Assembly (NCBI GenBank): GCA_021613535.1
Contig: CP075492.1
Location: 6,262,001 to 6,326,000, forward strand
Origin: Adineta vaga
Lineage: Eukaryota; Animalia; Rotifera
Direction of reading: 5' to 3'
DNA: 64,000 bases
Within the stretch, counting starts at the first letter, position 1; every line of letters starts with the position of its first letter. Under the pieces are notes generated by a model, which did no database searches, was not told where the DNA came from, and saw only the letters and a list, made by a program, of their open reading frames with translations. The position numbers were made by a program, and so were the translations under genes. Below are positions 36,780 to 51,530 of the stretch, in pieces.

Positions 36780-38256
36780 ATGGGTAGAAAAAAAATTCAA
36801 ATATCGAAAATTACCGACGAACGTAATCGTCAAGTGACGTTTACAAAACGTAAATTTGGTTTAATGAAAAAAGCTTACGAACTAAGTGTCCTATGTGATT
36901 GTGAAATCGCGCTCATTATTTTCAATTCGTCCAATAAACTTTTTCAATATGCATCCACCGATATGGACAAAATCTTGCTCAAATATACCGAATACAATGA
37001 ACCACATGAAAGTCGAACAAATAACGAAATTGTTCAAATTCTTAGTAAAAAAGAATCGAAACATCATGATCAAAATGATAGTGATAATGATATGGAAGAT
37101 GAAAGTGCTAATGAAATGGACAGTAATCATCCAATTTCCTCTCATCATCATCACGAACCAAATATAAATGATTCAAGAAAACGTTCAAATCAAGTAAGAC
37201 AAACGAAAAGGTTGTTTTTCTTCTTCATCTTTCACTTTCATTGCATAGTCTCATCAAACTGGTAATTATCATTCATCTATACCAATGGGTAATGGTTCAG
37301 GACAACCATCTGGTCAACAACCAAATTTCTTATCAGGTAGATAAAATTAATCTGATTATATGAAAACCTTTTTGTGTTGAAGAAACTCTGATGACTTAAT
37401 TGTACTCGATAAAATTTAGTTCATGGAACAACTGGGATTGATGCTTCTTCTTCACCATCACCTCCATCAACGTATTCACCGCAAAGTTCACCAAGTGAAT
37501 CACGTACCAGTCCATCTGCTAAACAACAATCAACGTCCAATTTAAATAATAAATTTTCCATGAATTCAAATAGCGGAGCATCATTAACATTAATTCCATC
37601 TCATCATAATGATTTAACTAGTGGAGGAGTAACAAATCGACTTAATAGTATGTATATTTTTCTTTTCAATTTCAATTCTACCATTGATTTATTTAGCTGA
37701 TTTTACACTAAATACATCAGGTGGAGGTGCTGGTAATGTTGAAAGTAATAATTTTCTTCCATGGCATGCATCATCTCATTCATCTTTGGCTGCCGCACTT
37801 CAAATGAACACATTACCATTAGGGTAAATCATGCGCATTTTCGAATACGGATAAAATTTATATCAAACGAGTTCATTTTTTATTTTATTTAGTATGATGA
37901 ATTATGATATGCAACAAGCTCTATGTGGATCACCATCATCGAATAATACAAATAATCCAAATCGTGTTAGTCCACATTTATATTATCCACAACAACATCA
38001 TCTTCATCATCAACAACAACAACAACAACAGCAACACCAACAGCAACAGCAACAGCAGCAACATCATCGTTTGAAAAATGAACCATTTTCCCCACCAATA
38101 TCTTTAAATACGAATTCAAATTCCACTCATCCAATGTCTAAAACTCCTATTCCTTCACAACAACGATCAGTGGATTATGTTAATTCTTCTCCTATTCCAG
38201 AACCGTCACTCAAACATGCTCGATTCGATCCACCGGTTTGGCCAAATCAAACTTAA
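36780..38256 (+). CDS. MEF2: MEF2 MADS-box transcription factor; multi-exon, poly-Q C-terminal region
   Basis: MGRKKIQI...[34 protein letters not shown]...[25 protein letters not shown]; C-terminal LKNEPFSP and KHAR motifs. Confidence 0.96.
38011..38061 (+). repeat. CAA/CAG trinucleotide repeat encoding poly-Q in MEF2
   Basis: caacaacaacaacaacaacagcaacaccaacagcaacagcaacagcagcaa. Confidence 0.85.
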
Positions 38257-39203
38257 ATACAAGGAAAAACCAACTAATCTTTTCTTATTTTCCATCGTCT
38301 TTGCTCAAAAAACTACAGAATTTCATCTTCATCTATTCATTAACACACACATACAACCTAAATCAAGAACTGTTCTTCTTTTTCTATTTTTTGCTCATCA
38401 AATTACGAATGATTACATATGGTAACATTCTGTTCTCACTTGTATTGTATTTAACATTAAAAGAAAAGAAAAGTGTGAATACCGGTGTATGTACTTGTAT
38501 GTCTAACTGTTGTTGTTTTATTTTTCTTCTTCTTCTTCTTCTTCTTCAAAATTTTATCTTTATTTTTCTTCTTTTTTTTGGTGTTTTTCAAAATAACGAT
38601 GATGTTGTTTTCCTTTCGTCTTTGTATATTTAGAGAGAAAAAAATAAGAAACAAGAAAAAAGAACTAGTCTTTACTGTCCTCTAGGTGATCTTTTCTTAT
38701 GTTCATTGTATTCCTTGTTAATGTATGTCTGTTCAATGACACTCAGTCCATGTGAACAAGTAAACAGTTTTATTAAAGACAATGTTATATCGAATAGACT
38801 GCTTGTTTCTCTGTTTCACTCTTGGGAAAAACAGATTCAAAATAATCATTTCGTTTTTACAAGTGTGAATGAAGTAGGATAACGATATATTTAGTTACAT
38901 CTAGTGGGATTTCTAGCAGAAATCTGTTCGTATTTTTTTATCTGATAAACAGATGTAAACATTCTAAAAGAATGAATATATATATATATATCTAATTATC
39001 ATGACAAATGATATTTCTAATGCAAATTTGTTCTCTTGATAAATTATTATGAATTTATATACTTTTACTAGTTTATTTCTAGTCTTGATTATTCACATCG
39101 ATACATTCTCTGTCAATTCATTGAAATAAAAAGAATTTCGACTTTTTAATACTTTGACTACATAGCAAGTTGAAAAGAGAAGCAATAACTCTTAAAAATC
39201 ATT

Positions 39204-39795
39204 TTATACAACAGAAACTGCGAAAATAGTTATTTCATGATCGTCTCGAACTGTATAATCAATTGTTGCAGTTTCCGTTGTTAATTTTGTTAATTGTGTG
39301 GATGCTTGTGTAGAAGCTAAACGTTGAATCGTATCTAAATAATAATCCGTATGAGAAAGATGAAGACGTCGTAATTTTTGTCGATATCTCATTGCACACG
39401 CACGTGCACGTTCTTCAACCATTACTTGAAGATCATCATTTTTCGTTGTAAGATATGTTTCATGATCAGCAAAATATGCACTAAAGATACGTTTTAAACG
39501 TTCAACATCCGATAATTCTTCTAAAAAGAAAACTATTGAATTGAATTGAATTGAAAAGAACTTTGATCTACAAACGATAGAGTTTATTCTTATTTGGAAC
39601 ATCCCAAAGAGTTTTTAAAAAATAGGCCGGTAATTCATGTCGTTGTTTTTGAGTTTCTTTTAATTGTTGACCAAATAAACAGATTATACTCAATCCATAA
39701 AAACCAATATAAACGACAATAAATAATACAGCGCCTTTATTTCCAAATTGAATATCATTGAACCAATTTTCTTCGACAGTCGATGTTACATTCAT
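39204..39795 (-). CDS. Uncharacterised single-pass membrane protein (2 exons)
   Basis: Exons 39795-39576 and 39520-39204 join in frame (KLY-QELSDVERL); N-glycosylation sequon and one TM (AVLFIVVYIGFYGLSIICLFG). Confidence 0.7.
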
Positions 39796-40297
39796 TGGCT
39801 CTAACTGGCACCAGGTTGTTTAACTTGCTGATTGTTATCAAAATGAAATCAAAGAATACAAAAAAAAACGACATATGGCTTCTCTTTTTATATCATTGAA
39901 TACGAAGGATATATTTTAATGATCACTCGCGACGTTTGTTTTCAATAACCTATAATATTTGTAATCTTGACAAATCAAACAGAGACAAAACAATTCGAGG
40001 ATTTTGTATCTTCAACTAAAATCAGTACTACATGCAATTCCGTTTCTATTTTAGTATTTCAAAATGCAATCTCCTTCATGTACGGAAGAATATTATATTA
40101 CTGATTTTACAGAATAAGACTAGTTTATTTGAATAGAAATAACCTTAACATATTAGAGATGATAAAGATCTTTGAACCAGAAACTTAAGTATGATACTAT
40201 AATTGATTAGTTACACATTCAAAATGAAATGTATGTTTTTCTTTTTGAAAATATAACAAGATTATTAACAAAATGAGTTGTTCGTTTTTTCTATCAT

Positions 40298-42084
40298 TTA
40301 AAGAAGTACGTCATTGTTTGATAATGGGACATTTCGATCGATGATCTGCGAACGAAGATTATTGTTTGATGAATTTGAATATGGTTGTGTTTGAAATTTT
40401 CGATGTAATTTTGGATAGAATAACGATATTTTAAATGAATATTGAGTAGTTGATGAATGATCAATAAATGATTTCTTATGTTCATTGGATGAAACGGAAT
40501 CGGTTCGATCGATATGAATCGATGTATAACATTTAAATTTGAATAACAATTTCGATGGACATAGTAAAAGAACATATAAAAATGGTTTAAAACTTATACC
40601 CAAAAGAATAATTTGAGCAAGCATACGACTACTAAGAATATCCATTTGATTAAATGCTATAATAGATTCAAACAAAACTTCAATTAATCGATAGAGATAA
40701 AACGGAAGTGATGTTAATGTTAAACATAGAAATATATATAAGATATAAAATGAAAGTTGTTGTTCACGAACAAATGATGGTGTAATTAATCGTGCTGTTA
40801 AACAACAATTTAAACGAATATGTAGAGAAATTTCAAGTAAAAAACCTAAAAGAAAAAGAAACAGAACATATAAAAAGTGAAAGTATTTTCTTAATCAGGA
40901 GGAAAACACTATTATTACCAATCGACGTGACTAACCTGACATTTAAATATTCATGAAATCAGGTATATCATGCTTTCTATTATTATCTAGGCAGCCATAT
41001 GGAATCCTGGCAAATACTAAATAACTTATGCGAAGAAACAAAAATCATGAAAGCATATTTGATCATTGAAATGATACAGATTATGAATGAAAATGTTGAG
41101 GAAAGTGAAAAGATTCTTATTTTTCTTATCTGTGAATTATACTAATCGAAAAAGTCGATGTTTATTTCGTTAAATATCATCATGTGACATTTACTCATGA
41201 TATAGTAGTACGCTTGACATGATAGTTCAAGGTAATACTTTTAATTTATGTTAGAAAAGAAATGTAGATTAATTCTTACCAAGAAAATGTAAGAAACATA
41301 AAAGAATGAAATCCGCTTGAATTAAACGTACAAGACGAGTGGTAAGATTTAAATCATTATTTGTTTGTAAACTACAAATCCAATTTTGTTTTGATATAGA
41401 TAATTCATTTGTAGGATATTTTTCTGTTATAGATTGATTTGTTTGATTTTGTTCATTATTAACTCGTATGGGTACAATGTAACTTGACATATGTGTTTCA
41501 CCCCATAACCATAAGCCATCAACTGACCATGCAAGTGCAATAATAAAGGGAATTAATGTACATAAATCTGAACAAAATAATTGATTAAATGTTGTTGTAT
41601 TGAAATATTTTTTAGGAAATTTCTTTGTTAAAATATAATGATAACGAAAAAGAATGAATGTTGTTAGAAGTGGAGAAAAATGAAGTGTAAATTTCCAAAG
41701 AGACGAATGAAATGAACATAAACGATAATTTGCTACTAATGATTGTGAATAGTATTTTTCATCGATACAACTTATAATTGATACGAAACATAAGAGAAAA
41801 TCATTACTTGTTAAATAAATGAGAAATTTATATTTTTCATGTGATAAAATATGACTTGATGAACTTTGTTCAATTCGATTGCTGAGATACTTTCGTCGTT
41901 GATTTTTCAAAATAATCAAACAAAGATATAACATTGAAAGAAGATTTGAACATGTTCCAAAAATACTAAGAAATAAAGTTATTGTGGATGAAAAAAGTGG
42001 AGAATGAGCAATTGGTTTTGTTCGATAATGTGTTGAATTGATCGATTGATTAAATTCTGAGAAGTAATTGTCGTGTAATAACAT
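40298..42084 (-). CDS. Orphan rhodopsin-like 7TM receptor (2 exons)
   Basis: Exons 42084-41280 and 40845-40298; GTCSN in TM1, LTSND in TM2, Cys at the start of TM3, LPF in TM6, KPFLY in TM7. Confidence 0.75.
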
Positions 42085-44784
42085 TCTTAGAACATGAATG
42101 TAAATCACGAATTCTTGAATATTCTATCTAGAAAGAGGTAGATCAATAAATAAAAAAAAGAGAAAAGAGAAAGAAAGAAAGAACGAAAGCGTCATTTCCG
42201 TTCAATTTCTTTCTCTTGACTTCGACTTAGTTTTATTAAGACTATGCATCAAACAAAATCAAAGCATTGTTAATGAACAACAACAACAAAAAATCATGTA
42301 GAAATAATTACTAATAAAAGTAAAGCTTCTTATTACTATTGACAAAATAAATAGCTAACGGACAACTTCTTTGTCAATATTCAATGAAAAAAAAAGAGTT
42401 ACTTTTTGATCTCAATAGTTTCGGCACACTATATATGCAAAATGCCTTCGTCTACTTCAATCGTCAGATGTCTAGCGAGTATAAAGATAGGTTATATACT
42501 TAATTGAAATAACTCAATTGTAGATGCGTGCTAATCATGTTAAAAAACAAACTCCTGACCTAGACATTTATTCTTACCGATTGATCTTGCAATTCTTCAA
42601 CTGAATGAAGAAAATTCTAGCGTATTGTTCTGATTTTTCTCTTTGTTTATGCAAAAGAAGAAGACAAATATTGGTGCGACATTTCCGTTCCGATTCATGG
42701 AAGTTGAAAATTAGCCTACTCGTATACATGAATTTTATAGTAGATTCAATTCAATACATCTCTAAACAAAGATTCAGAATCCCTACCGGACACTGAATAT
42801 AACAAAAGAAAAAGAAAAATGCATTTGCTCAAAACATAAAAATGAACACTATAGAAACTCATTTTTCTTTCTCTACCTTTTCAATATAATACACTTCAAT
42901 GCTTACTTAGACATGCGTAGAATAAAAGAATAAGTAGTAAAAAAGAAAGGTGCGATGATTTCCCTACTCAAATTTAGACACTTAAACATATTTATTCGAT
43001 AATTCCAATGGTTATCTCTTGTATTTGTTTTTTTTCTTCTTTCAATTCAGTAAATAATTGCTATTTTAATTCTGAACATTCTGTAGAAGAGAATGTTCTC
43101 ATTGGTCTCTTGTTGACTAAAGGAAAAGAATAATTCAAGTTTTTTTGTGTATATCCGTTGTTAACATCTGTTAAGTGTTTTATACGCGTGAAGGAGAAAA
43201 AAACAAAAATATTTTTTCTAATCATCCTTCTTCTTTTTTTTTACTTTAGTTCTGCTATGCTAATAAACATTTTCTCTATTTACTTTCGACTAATTTTTCT
43301 ATTCGGTATTTGAATGAACTTATTTCTTTGCTCTTTACATCGACGGAAAAACTGAACTTCACAATAATACTTTAAATGTCTTTATGTTAATTCCCGACAT
43401 GGAAAATATTTTTGATCTTCTGTATGATTATCATTAGAAGAAGAGAAAGAAAAAAGTATGTCATTATTACACTAATTGATTTTCATAATTACATGTATAA
43501 AAACAAAATATGTGATAAGTTCTACGATTCCATAAATTTATTTCGAACGATTATCATTAGTAAATATTACGTGAAAGATAAATGTGCTATTGTATGAATG
43601 ATTGTCATAAACCAAGGTGAACGATGAATAATTTTAAAAGTCAATATTAATTCCCAGATGGCATGTGCGTAAACATATATATATAGAGAGAGAGAGTTAT
43701 ATATTATAGCGTAGGCTTCACGAATGATTGACTTTAATCCAACAAAGAAAGAAAAACATGATTTATTCTTGCTTCAGCTAATGAAAATAGGATGCATGAA
43801 ACAACAAAAATGATAGATAGCACAAAGTGATGAATTAAAAATACTTGATGTCAAATTTGAGCAGCAAGTGTGATCGAAAAGAAATCTTATATGAAATAAT
43901 TAAAACAATCTAATTCATCAGACCTGTTGAAAACATGATAATAGAACAGCTTGATGAATCTCTTCTTTCAACACTATTGATATTTTGATGAACAGCTTTG
44001 CTAATTAATTATCAACTCTATATTTATCCATGTTCATTTGACTTTCTGAAGAGTTTAACATAGACTATTCAACGAGTGCAAGATAAAACGAACAACTTTG
44101 TACTAATATTTGATGTTCTCATCAAAATTTCATATTCTCATTAGACATAGTTTTACTTGGAATATATTCTTGACTTCGTTTCGTTTTCTATGCACTCATT
44201 TAATTTCTTATCAAAATCATTACTGCACTTGTTCAGAGAATATAACTCTCGAGACAATTGAAAAATATATGATCATTTCATGATTATAATCAAGTAAAAG
44301 TCTCATCGTACGATAGATATATTCGACAACAAAAAATATAATCTTAAGTTCATGACGTACTTGATTAATTTAAATTATAAGTTCAAACACGAATCTATTC
44401 AGTGACATAGAAATAGTTAAACCTATAATTTTCATAAGTAATTAAGAGAAAAAAATAAATGTCATGAAAAGTTAGCATAGCTTTTTTTCTAGATTAATCA
44501 TATAAATTGATAAGAAGAGAAAAGATCATGCATGAATATGAAAGCGAAATATTAAGGAATAAATTCGTTCTCTTAAGATCAAGTCATATTTTATCCTAGC
44601 ATAATAAATTGATTTGACCAAGTATGATGGTAATAGAATCTTTCATTGAATTATAGATGTCGCTAGATTGAATATCAGACGAAAATTTGAATGACTCATT
44701 GAATAAAATATTTCATCTGACTGACTTACTTACTTTTGGATGCAAAATATGATGCATTAAAAAAGAAAATCGACTCAAATAAAA

Positions 44785-45608
44785 ATGGCTAAATCACCTG
44801 AAATCTTCAATTTTAAAATTCTCATCATCGGAGAATCAAGTGTTGGAAAAGTTTGTTCATTGAAATTGAAAAGAGGTTTCTTTTTTTCTCGAAATGTAAC
44901 TTTTCATTTCAGAGTAGTCTAATGACTCGCTTTGTTGATGAAACATTTCAAGGAACATTTATTCCGACAATTGGAGTTGATTTTAAAGTTCGAACATTAA
45001 TGATTGATAATTATCAATGTAAAGTACAAATCTGGTTCGTTTTATATAAAGATTTAATGAATTTTAAACTTGAGTTTTACAAATATTTTAGGGATACTGC
45101 TGGTCAAGAACGATTTCGTGTCATTACTACAACCGTAATTATGTTTTTTTGATAAAATTTTCATTTTGAATTTTTGTTTTTGTTTTAAAAGTATTATCGT
45201 GATGCTGCTGGTGTTTTAATTGTGTATGATGTAACAAATGGTGAAACATTTTCCCGTGTTTGTCGTTGGATTGATGAAATAAAAAAATATTGTGAGGATA
45301 ATATTGTTAAAGTACTTGTGGGAAATAAAGATGATCTGATTTCAACCGACAAAGTTGTTTCAACGGAACAAGCAGAACAATATGCACATGAAATGAATAT
45401 TCCATTTTTTGAAACATCAGCAAAAGATAATAAAAATGTTGATCTTCTTTTTCATACAGTTGCACGTTTAGCATTACAACAACGTTTACAACTTCGACAA
45501 AAATCTCATTTATCACAACGAAACGATCTGACTACTCATGGAACAACATCTGAATCAATTCGCTTGAAAGGTTCGAAAAAGAAACAAAATATGAACTGTT
45601 GTAAATAG
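44785..45608 (+). CDS. Rab GTPase (Rab35/Rab1-like), multi-exon
   Basis: [36 protein letters not shown]-terminal CCK. Confidence 0.92.
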
Positions 45609-45736
45609 TTGTCTAGTTTTATATATATATATACATCATGCCTTTTTATTGAAAATCTCTATCCTTTCCAAGAAAATATTTACATGAATTTTTAATAAAA
45701 CAATTTATTTTATTTGATCATTTTCTGTTTCTATAT

Positions 45737-46795
45737 ATGACAAAAAATCATTCAAATGTTCAAACATTCAAAATACTTATTATCGGAGATACAAATGTGG
45801 GGAAAAGTTCACTAACGAATCGATTTGTTCATGGAGTTTTTAATACACAATATACAGCAACAATTGGTGTCGATTTTCAAATCGCTATTATTGATATTGG
45901 AGAATATAAATGTCGATTACAAATCTGGTTTGTTCAGTTCTATTGATTAAGTTATATTCCATGAGAATGAGATGGAAATTATAGATTGTTTTCAAATATA
46001 TTTAATAAACGTCAAAGGTTACAATAGGTACTCATTTATGAGAAGCAATAAAAATTAGAATTGATAATTTCCATTTTGAGGACTCTCTTTTGAGTTTTAA
46101 TGATAGTTGTAATTATGAATGAATAGAAAAGCTCTTTCATTTGTGATTCATCATTATTGAGGGTGTTATGAAAATTGTCCGCAAAGTACATTGAAAATTC
46201 AGCAGAACCTTGATTTCACATAGATTGAAAGAATAAAAACATTTTATTTTTTAAGGGATACTGCTGGACAAGAACGCTTTCGTTCCGTTACAAGTAACTA
46301 TTTTCATTTCTCATACTCATCTTTCTCTTGTTTTTCAAGGTAGTTATTATCGAGGCGCTGATGGAGTCATTATTGTCTATGATGTATGATGTAGAATTTT
46401 TCTTCATATGAATTTCATTCGAATGTTTTTAGGTAAAGAATATTGCTAGTTTTAATCAGATAAAGACTCAAATCTCGGAAATGGAATCTTATTGTGATAA
46501 AACAATTCCAAAAATTCTTGTTGGTAACAAAGATGACAATAGTGATGTAGAAAATAAAGCGATTTCGACTTGTGAAGCATCCGAATATGCACAAGAGAAT
46601 CAACTGATCTTTTTCGAAATATCTGTTAAAGATAATAAGAATATAAATGAAGTATTTAATACCATATCAAAACTTGTACTCAAACAACGGCTTGAACAAT
46701 CTGGAAGTTTACAAAATCATAAGAATAGTACACGTGTTGACTTAAAAAAACAAGCAGAAGATAATAATTTCAAAAGGAAATGTTGTTCAACATGA
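45737..46795 (+). CDS. Second tandem Rab GTPase paralogue, multi-exon
   Basis: [36 protein letters not shown]-terminal CCST. Confidence 0.9.
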
Positions 46796-47208
46796 AAGAT
46801 CGTGAAATGATGATGTTTCTTTTTTCTAATTTTATATAAATTATGTTTTAAAAGTAATTCGAATATTCAATATCAAATTCTTTTCTTATCTATTTAATGA
46901 TTTAAATTTTATTAATCATGTCTTTCATTTTTTTTCTATTTTCAATATGAATAAATAATAATGAGAATTTTTTTTGTTATTTCATAGGAAACTTCTTCAT
47001 TTGAATAGTCATTAATGATGAAAGTTATAATTATAATTGACTTGAGTATAATCATCGCATAGCTTGAAGTTTCTTTTATAGAATAAACACATGACCAAGA
47101 TAGTAATCACGAGAGTTCATTTATTCTTATTAAAAGTTATGAATTTTGATGATTTAGACATTCATCGGAGTTCTTTTTTCTGAACCAGCAGTTTCTCAAA
47201 CATTCATC

Positions 47209-48129
47209 ATGAGTTGTATACCATTAATATGGTCTCCGAGTACGGCTGATGCATTAGATTCAACATGGATTGTTTGTGTCATTGCAATTATAATTCATAC
47301 ATTATTTTGGATTCAAATTCTTATATTTCCAACATTGAAACAGAGAAGCATGATTTGGTTATATGATTATTTAATCAGTGATTTATTTCTTCTCATACGA
47401 TTTTTTATTTTATATGGTATTCGACGAGAACAACTTTGTTTAGATCCAACATTTCGAACATTTGTATGTTATTTTGAAGCAACATCAAAATTTTATATGA
47501 ATGTGGTACAAGCTTATCTTTTATTGGCATTAAATATCTCTCGTTATGCACAGATCGTTCATAATCGAAATGTTTATGTAGAAAATTCTCGTTTGCTTAT
47601 TCTCACACATGTTCTAATTCTTATATTACCAATTGTGAATGTTGTTGTTCAATTTCTTGCTAATTGGACTCTTTTATGGCGTCGAACAGGTGCAGCATGT
47701 GACGTTCAATATATTTCATTTACAGTACAAGTATTCAATCTTTTTCTTATTTATATCATTCCAGTAACAAGCAATCTTTTCATTTTAACACTTTGTATTC
47801 GTCATGTTAGTTCAACTCGAGGTGTAACAAGTGAACAAATAATTAGTCTTCGTCGTAAACATCAAAGAACACTTCTCTATCCAACATTAGTATTCTATTC
47901 TATTTGGTTGACATTGTGGAGTCCGAATGTTTTGGCATTTCAGTTTATCAATGTCAATAGTGATTCGGGAATTTATACTTCCTTATTGAATTATGTTGAA
48001 ATTGCTATAGATCCAGCAATTGTTGCAGTAATTGATGTACGATTTTTGAAAACATGGCAAACATTATGGCGTAAAATTCGACGAAAACGACAAGGAACCG
48101 TTGTACCTGTCGTACTAGAACATCAATAA
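47209..48129 (+). CDS. Intronless orphan 7TM (class A-like) receptor
   Basis: 306-aa ORF with seven hydrophobic segments, SRY at the DRY position, WSP in TM6, IDP in TM7. Confidence 0.8.
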   Translation: MSCIPLIWSPSTADALDSTWIVCVIAIIIHTLFWIQILIFPTLKQRSMIWLYDYLISDLFLLIRFFILYGIRREQLCLDPTFRTFVCYFEATSKFYMNVVQAYLLLALNISRYAQIVHNRNVYVENSRLLILTHVLILILPIVNVVVQFLANWTLLWRRTGAACDVQYISFTVQVFNLFLIYIIPVTSNLFILTLCIRHVSSTRGVTSEQIISLRRKHQRTLLYPTLVFYSIWLTLWSPNVLAFQFINVNSDSGIYTSLLNYVEIAIDPAIVAVIDVRFLKTWQTLWRKIRRKRQGTVVPVVLEHQ

Positions 48130-48451
48130 AAATATGTAAAAAAAAGAGTTCTTTTGTATTGTAATTTATCGTTTGAAAAAGAAGAGAAATTGTCTAAAAT
48201 ATAAAATATAATAATCGATGGTTATTTTTATTAGCGAATTTTTGTAAACTAGTGACATCTATTAACGAACGATTTCATTGTTTTCTTTGAAAGAAAAAGA
48301 AAAAATTGCTCAAGAAAATTTCTTCTGCAGGTAAAGCAAGTAAATGAATGATAAATGGAATTTCTTCATGAGTTTTTTTGTTTATAATCGTTAGAATCAA
48401 TTATTGTTCTAGATAATCTTCTTTTTTCTTACCGGTTAAAAATTCTTAGTC

Positions 48452-50549
48452 ATGTCACTTATTTGTTCGCGTGAGTGATTAAAAAATAGTCATTTTCTTT
48501 CTCATTTTAAATTAATTTTGATAATTTAAGTTTCAAATGAAGTTCCTGAACAACCGGTTCTTTCACCTGTATCGGGTTGTATTTATGAAAAACGTTTAAT
48601 TGTTAAATATCTTCGTGAATCTCCAACGGATCCAATTACTGGACAACCATTAACCGAAGAACAATTAATCGATGTGAAAGGTATATTCTATTGAATGATC
48701 GTTCCGAATTCGTTTTATTGAATTGCATTCTAGTTACACCATTGGGCAAACCAAAACCACCATCAGCAACGAGTATTCCCGCTATACTTAAAACGTTACA
48801 AGATGAATGGGATGCTTGTATGTTACATAGTTTTACACTTAGACAACAGTTACAAACAGCTCGACAAGGTTTGTATTTTTAGTCTATAAAAGAATGATAA
48901 AATTTTTCTCTGCATGTAGAATTATCTCATGTTATGTATCAGCATGATGCTGCTTGTCGTGTTATTGCTCGTTTAAATAAGGAAGTAACAGCTGCTCGAG
49001 AAGCTTTAGCTACACTTAAACCTCAAGCTGGTATCGCACAATTCGCAACAATGGTAAGCCCTCTTATATCTCAATAGATAATTTTAATTTCATTTTTTAG
49101 AATCCAAATGAACAACCTACACATCATGGAATAACAGCTGATAATTCTCAAGCATCAACAACGACATCAGAAGGAATGACAGATGAAATAATTCAAAAAG
49201 TAACGTTAGAAATTCTCCTTATAATTTTACATTGATTCAATGTTATTTCTTCTATTAGTTACACGACAAAGCATCAGTTCTTACACAATTACGTAAACAA
49301 CGTGGTAAACGTGTGCCTGAAGGTCTTGCAACTGTGGATGAAATACGTAACTTTCGTTGTTCTGCAACACACACAGTATGTCTAAATCTCTCATGTCTTC
49401 TTTTCTAAATTACTTTTTCGCATAGGCATTGCATAGTGCAAGCAATCCAGGTATTTTAGCGCTGGATATATCTCCAAAGAATTCGAGTATTATTCTAACT
49501 GGTGGAAATGATCGTCAAGCGGTGGTATTTAATAAAGATAGTGAACAAGTTGTCGCCACATTAAAAGGTCATCAGAAGAAAGTTACGCACGTTATTCATC
49601 ATTTCGAAGAAGTAAATCGAATTGAACATACTGAAATGATTGTTTATGCATTCGTTTGTGTTTTTTTCTTATTCTAATAGGACATTGCCATCACAGGTAG
49701 TGCAGATTCAAGTATTCGTGTATGGCACATTCCATCAGCTCAATGTTTGAAAATTCTTAAAGCTCATGAAAGTCCGATCACTGGTCTTTCACTTCATCCG
49801 ACTGGTGATTATGTTTTATCGAGTGCAAGTGATACTCATTGGGCTTTATCTGATTTACGTACCGGAAAATTAATTACAAAAACAAGAGATACTACTACAC
49901 AAAGCGGTATGTTAAATAATCATTTTGTTTATTGTATAAAAGAGATATTTATATGGTAAAATAAAATAGGATTAACATGTGCACAATTTCATCCTGATGG
50001 TATTATATTTGGTGTTGGAACACAAGAAAGTGTTATTAAAATTTGGGACTTGAAAGAATGTAATAATGTTGCAGATTTTCCCGGTCATGCTGGAAGTATT
50101 AATACTATTGCATTCTCTGAGAATGGTAATTTCATTTTATTTAAAGAAAACATAGTTGTTATTTGTTTTTTTTTCATAGGTTATTATTTGGCAACTGCCG
50201 CAGAAGATGCTTCAATTAAATTATGGGATTTACGAAAATTGAAAAATTTCAAAACTATTACACTTGACGATCATTATGAAGTACGTGATCTTGTTTTTGA
50301 TCAAAGTGGAATGTATCTTGGTGTTGCTGGTACTGACATTCGGTGAGTACATTACTCAATCTCTTTCTATTCCGTCTCATTTTCTATCTTTGTAGAGTCT
50401 ATCAATCAAAACAATGGGATTTACTAAAAGTCTTCAATGATCATACAGCTTTAGCTACTGGTATTCGATTTGGTACAGATGCAAATTTTCTTGCCAGTGC
50501 AAGTATTGATCGTTCACTTAAATTCTATCAACAATTATCTCAAGAATAA
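48452..50549 (+). CDS. PRPF19: Pre-mRNA processing factor 19 (U-box, coiled coil, WD40); multi-exon
   Basis: MSLICS...[61 protein letters not shown] repeats, [13 protein letters not shown]. Confidence 0.96.
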
Positions 50550-51530
50550 TTGTTTTTTTCTACACACGAAAATTTGACGATGATCTAGAAGAAATTTCTT
50601 TATTTGTTGTTGTTGTTGCTGTTGTTTTTTTTCTGTATTCATTCGTAACAAAAAAAACCTAGAATCAAAGTTTGTGAATGGTTAAATAAACGGTTAAAAT
50701 ATACATATAGAATGCTATCAGCAAGTTGAATAAGACTATCAATAACAAAGCTGTCAACATTGTATCTTTAACAGAACTAATAAAACTGATCGTTGTCTTT
50801 TAGTGATAATTTCTTCTGACATTATTCGTATGTTGGTTATTCATCAATTGATTCTTTGTCACTTAGCGAATCATAATTGTTAAACATTGACAATAGCGAT
50901 ATATGCTCGTGAGATTATCGAGTAGACTGGGTTTGTATATATTACACTTAGATTTGTCAGTTTGTTGCATAAAACTACTGTGTTGCCGTATTCTGGTGTA
51001 TACTTACTGAGGCGAATTAATATTTCCAGTTCAGTGATGTGTTTACGAGAAAGGAAATTATTGCATAGACCGTATTTTTCCTTCCTCGATGTAAAGATTT
51101 AAATTAGAATCATTAAGAAAAAAAAGGTCCACTTTGTTTTATTTTTATTCGATTATTTCACGTAATGATTTTTCTTTTTCTTAACAGAGAGAAAAAAAGA
51201 AATTACTATGATAATTAGCTATTGTTGTAATGCTTACACAATATACTAAGTTCTGTTTCTATAAGATTCTCTCGAGATATAGACTCTGGCGAAGATGTAA
51301 TGATGATTTAAGAGAATATTCCTCTAGGATAAAAGGAAAACTACAGTTTTTCTTTTCTTATTTTTCTTTTTCTATTTATTTCTATGCTTTCGTCATCAAT
51401 ATTTTCTAGAGCAATTCCGAACAAAAAAAAATTACGTGTATACGCAAGATTTTCTTTTTTTTTCTTTTCTCAATACTCAGTCACAAACGATCGCATATAT
51501 ACACTCCATATTGCAACATTATTTCACAAA

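Noticed and set aside
38177-38685. Phe/Leu/Lys-rich ORFs after MEF2
   Set aside because: Translations of T-rich 3' UTR and CTT repeats.
42200-44700. Long gene-free interval with small ORFs
   Set aside because: No motifs, repeats or RNA-gene structure recognisable by eye; treated as intergenic or regulatory.
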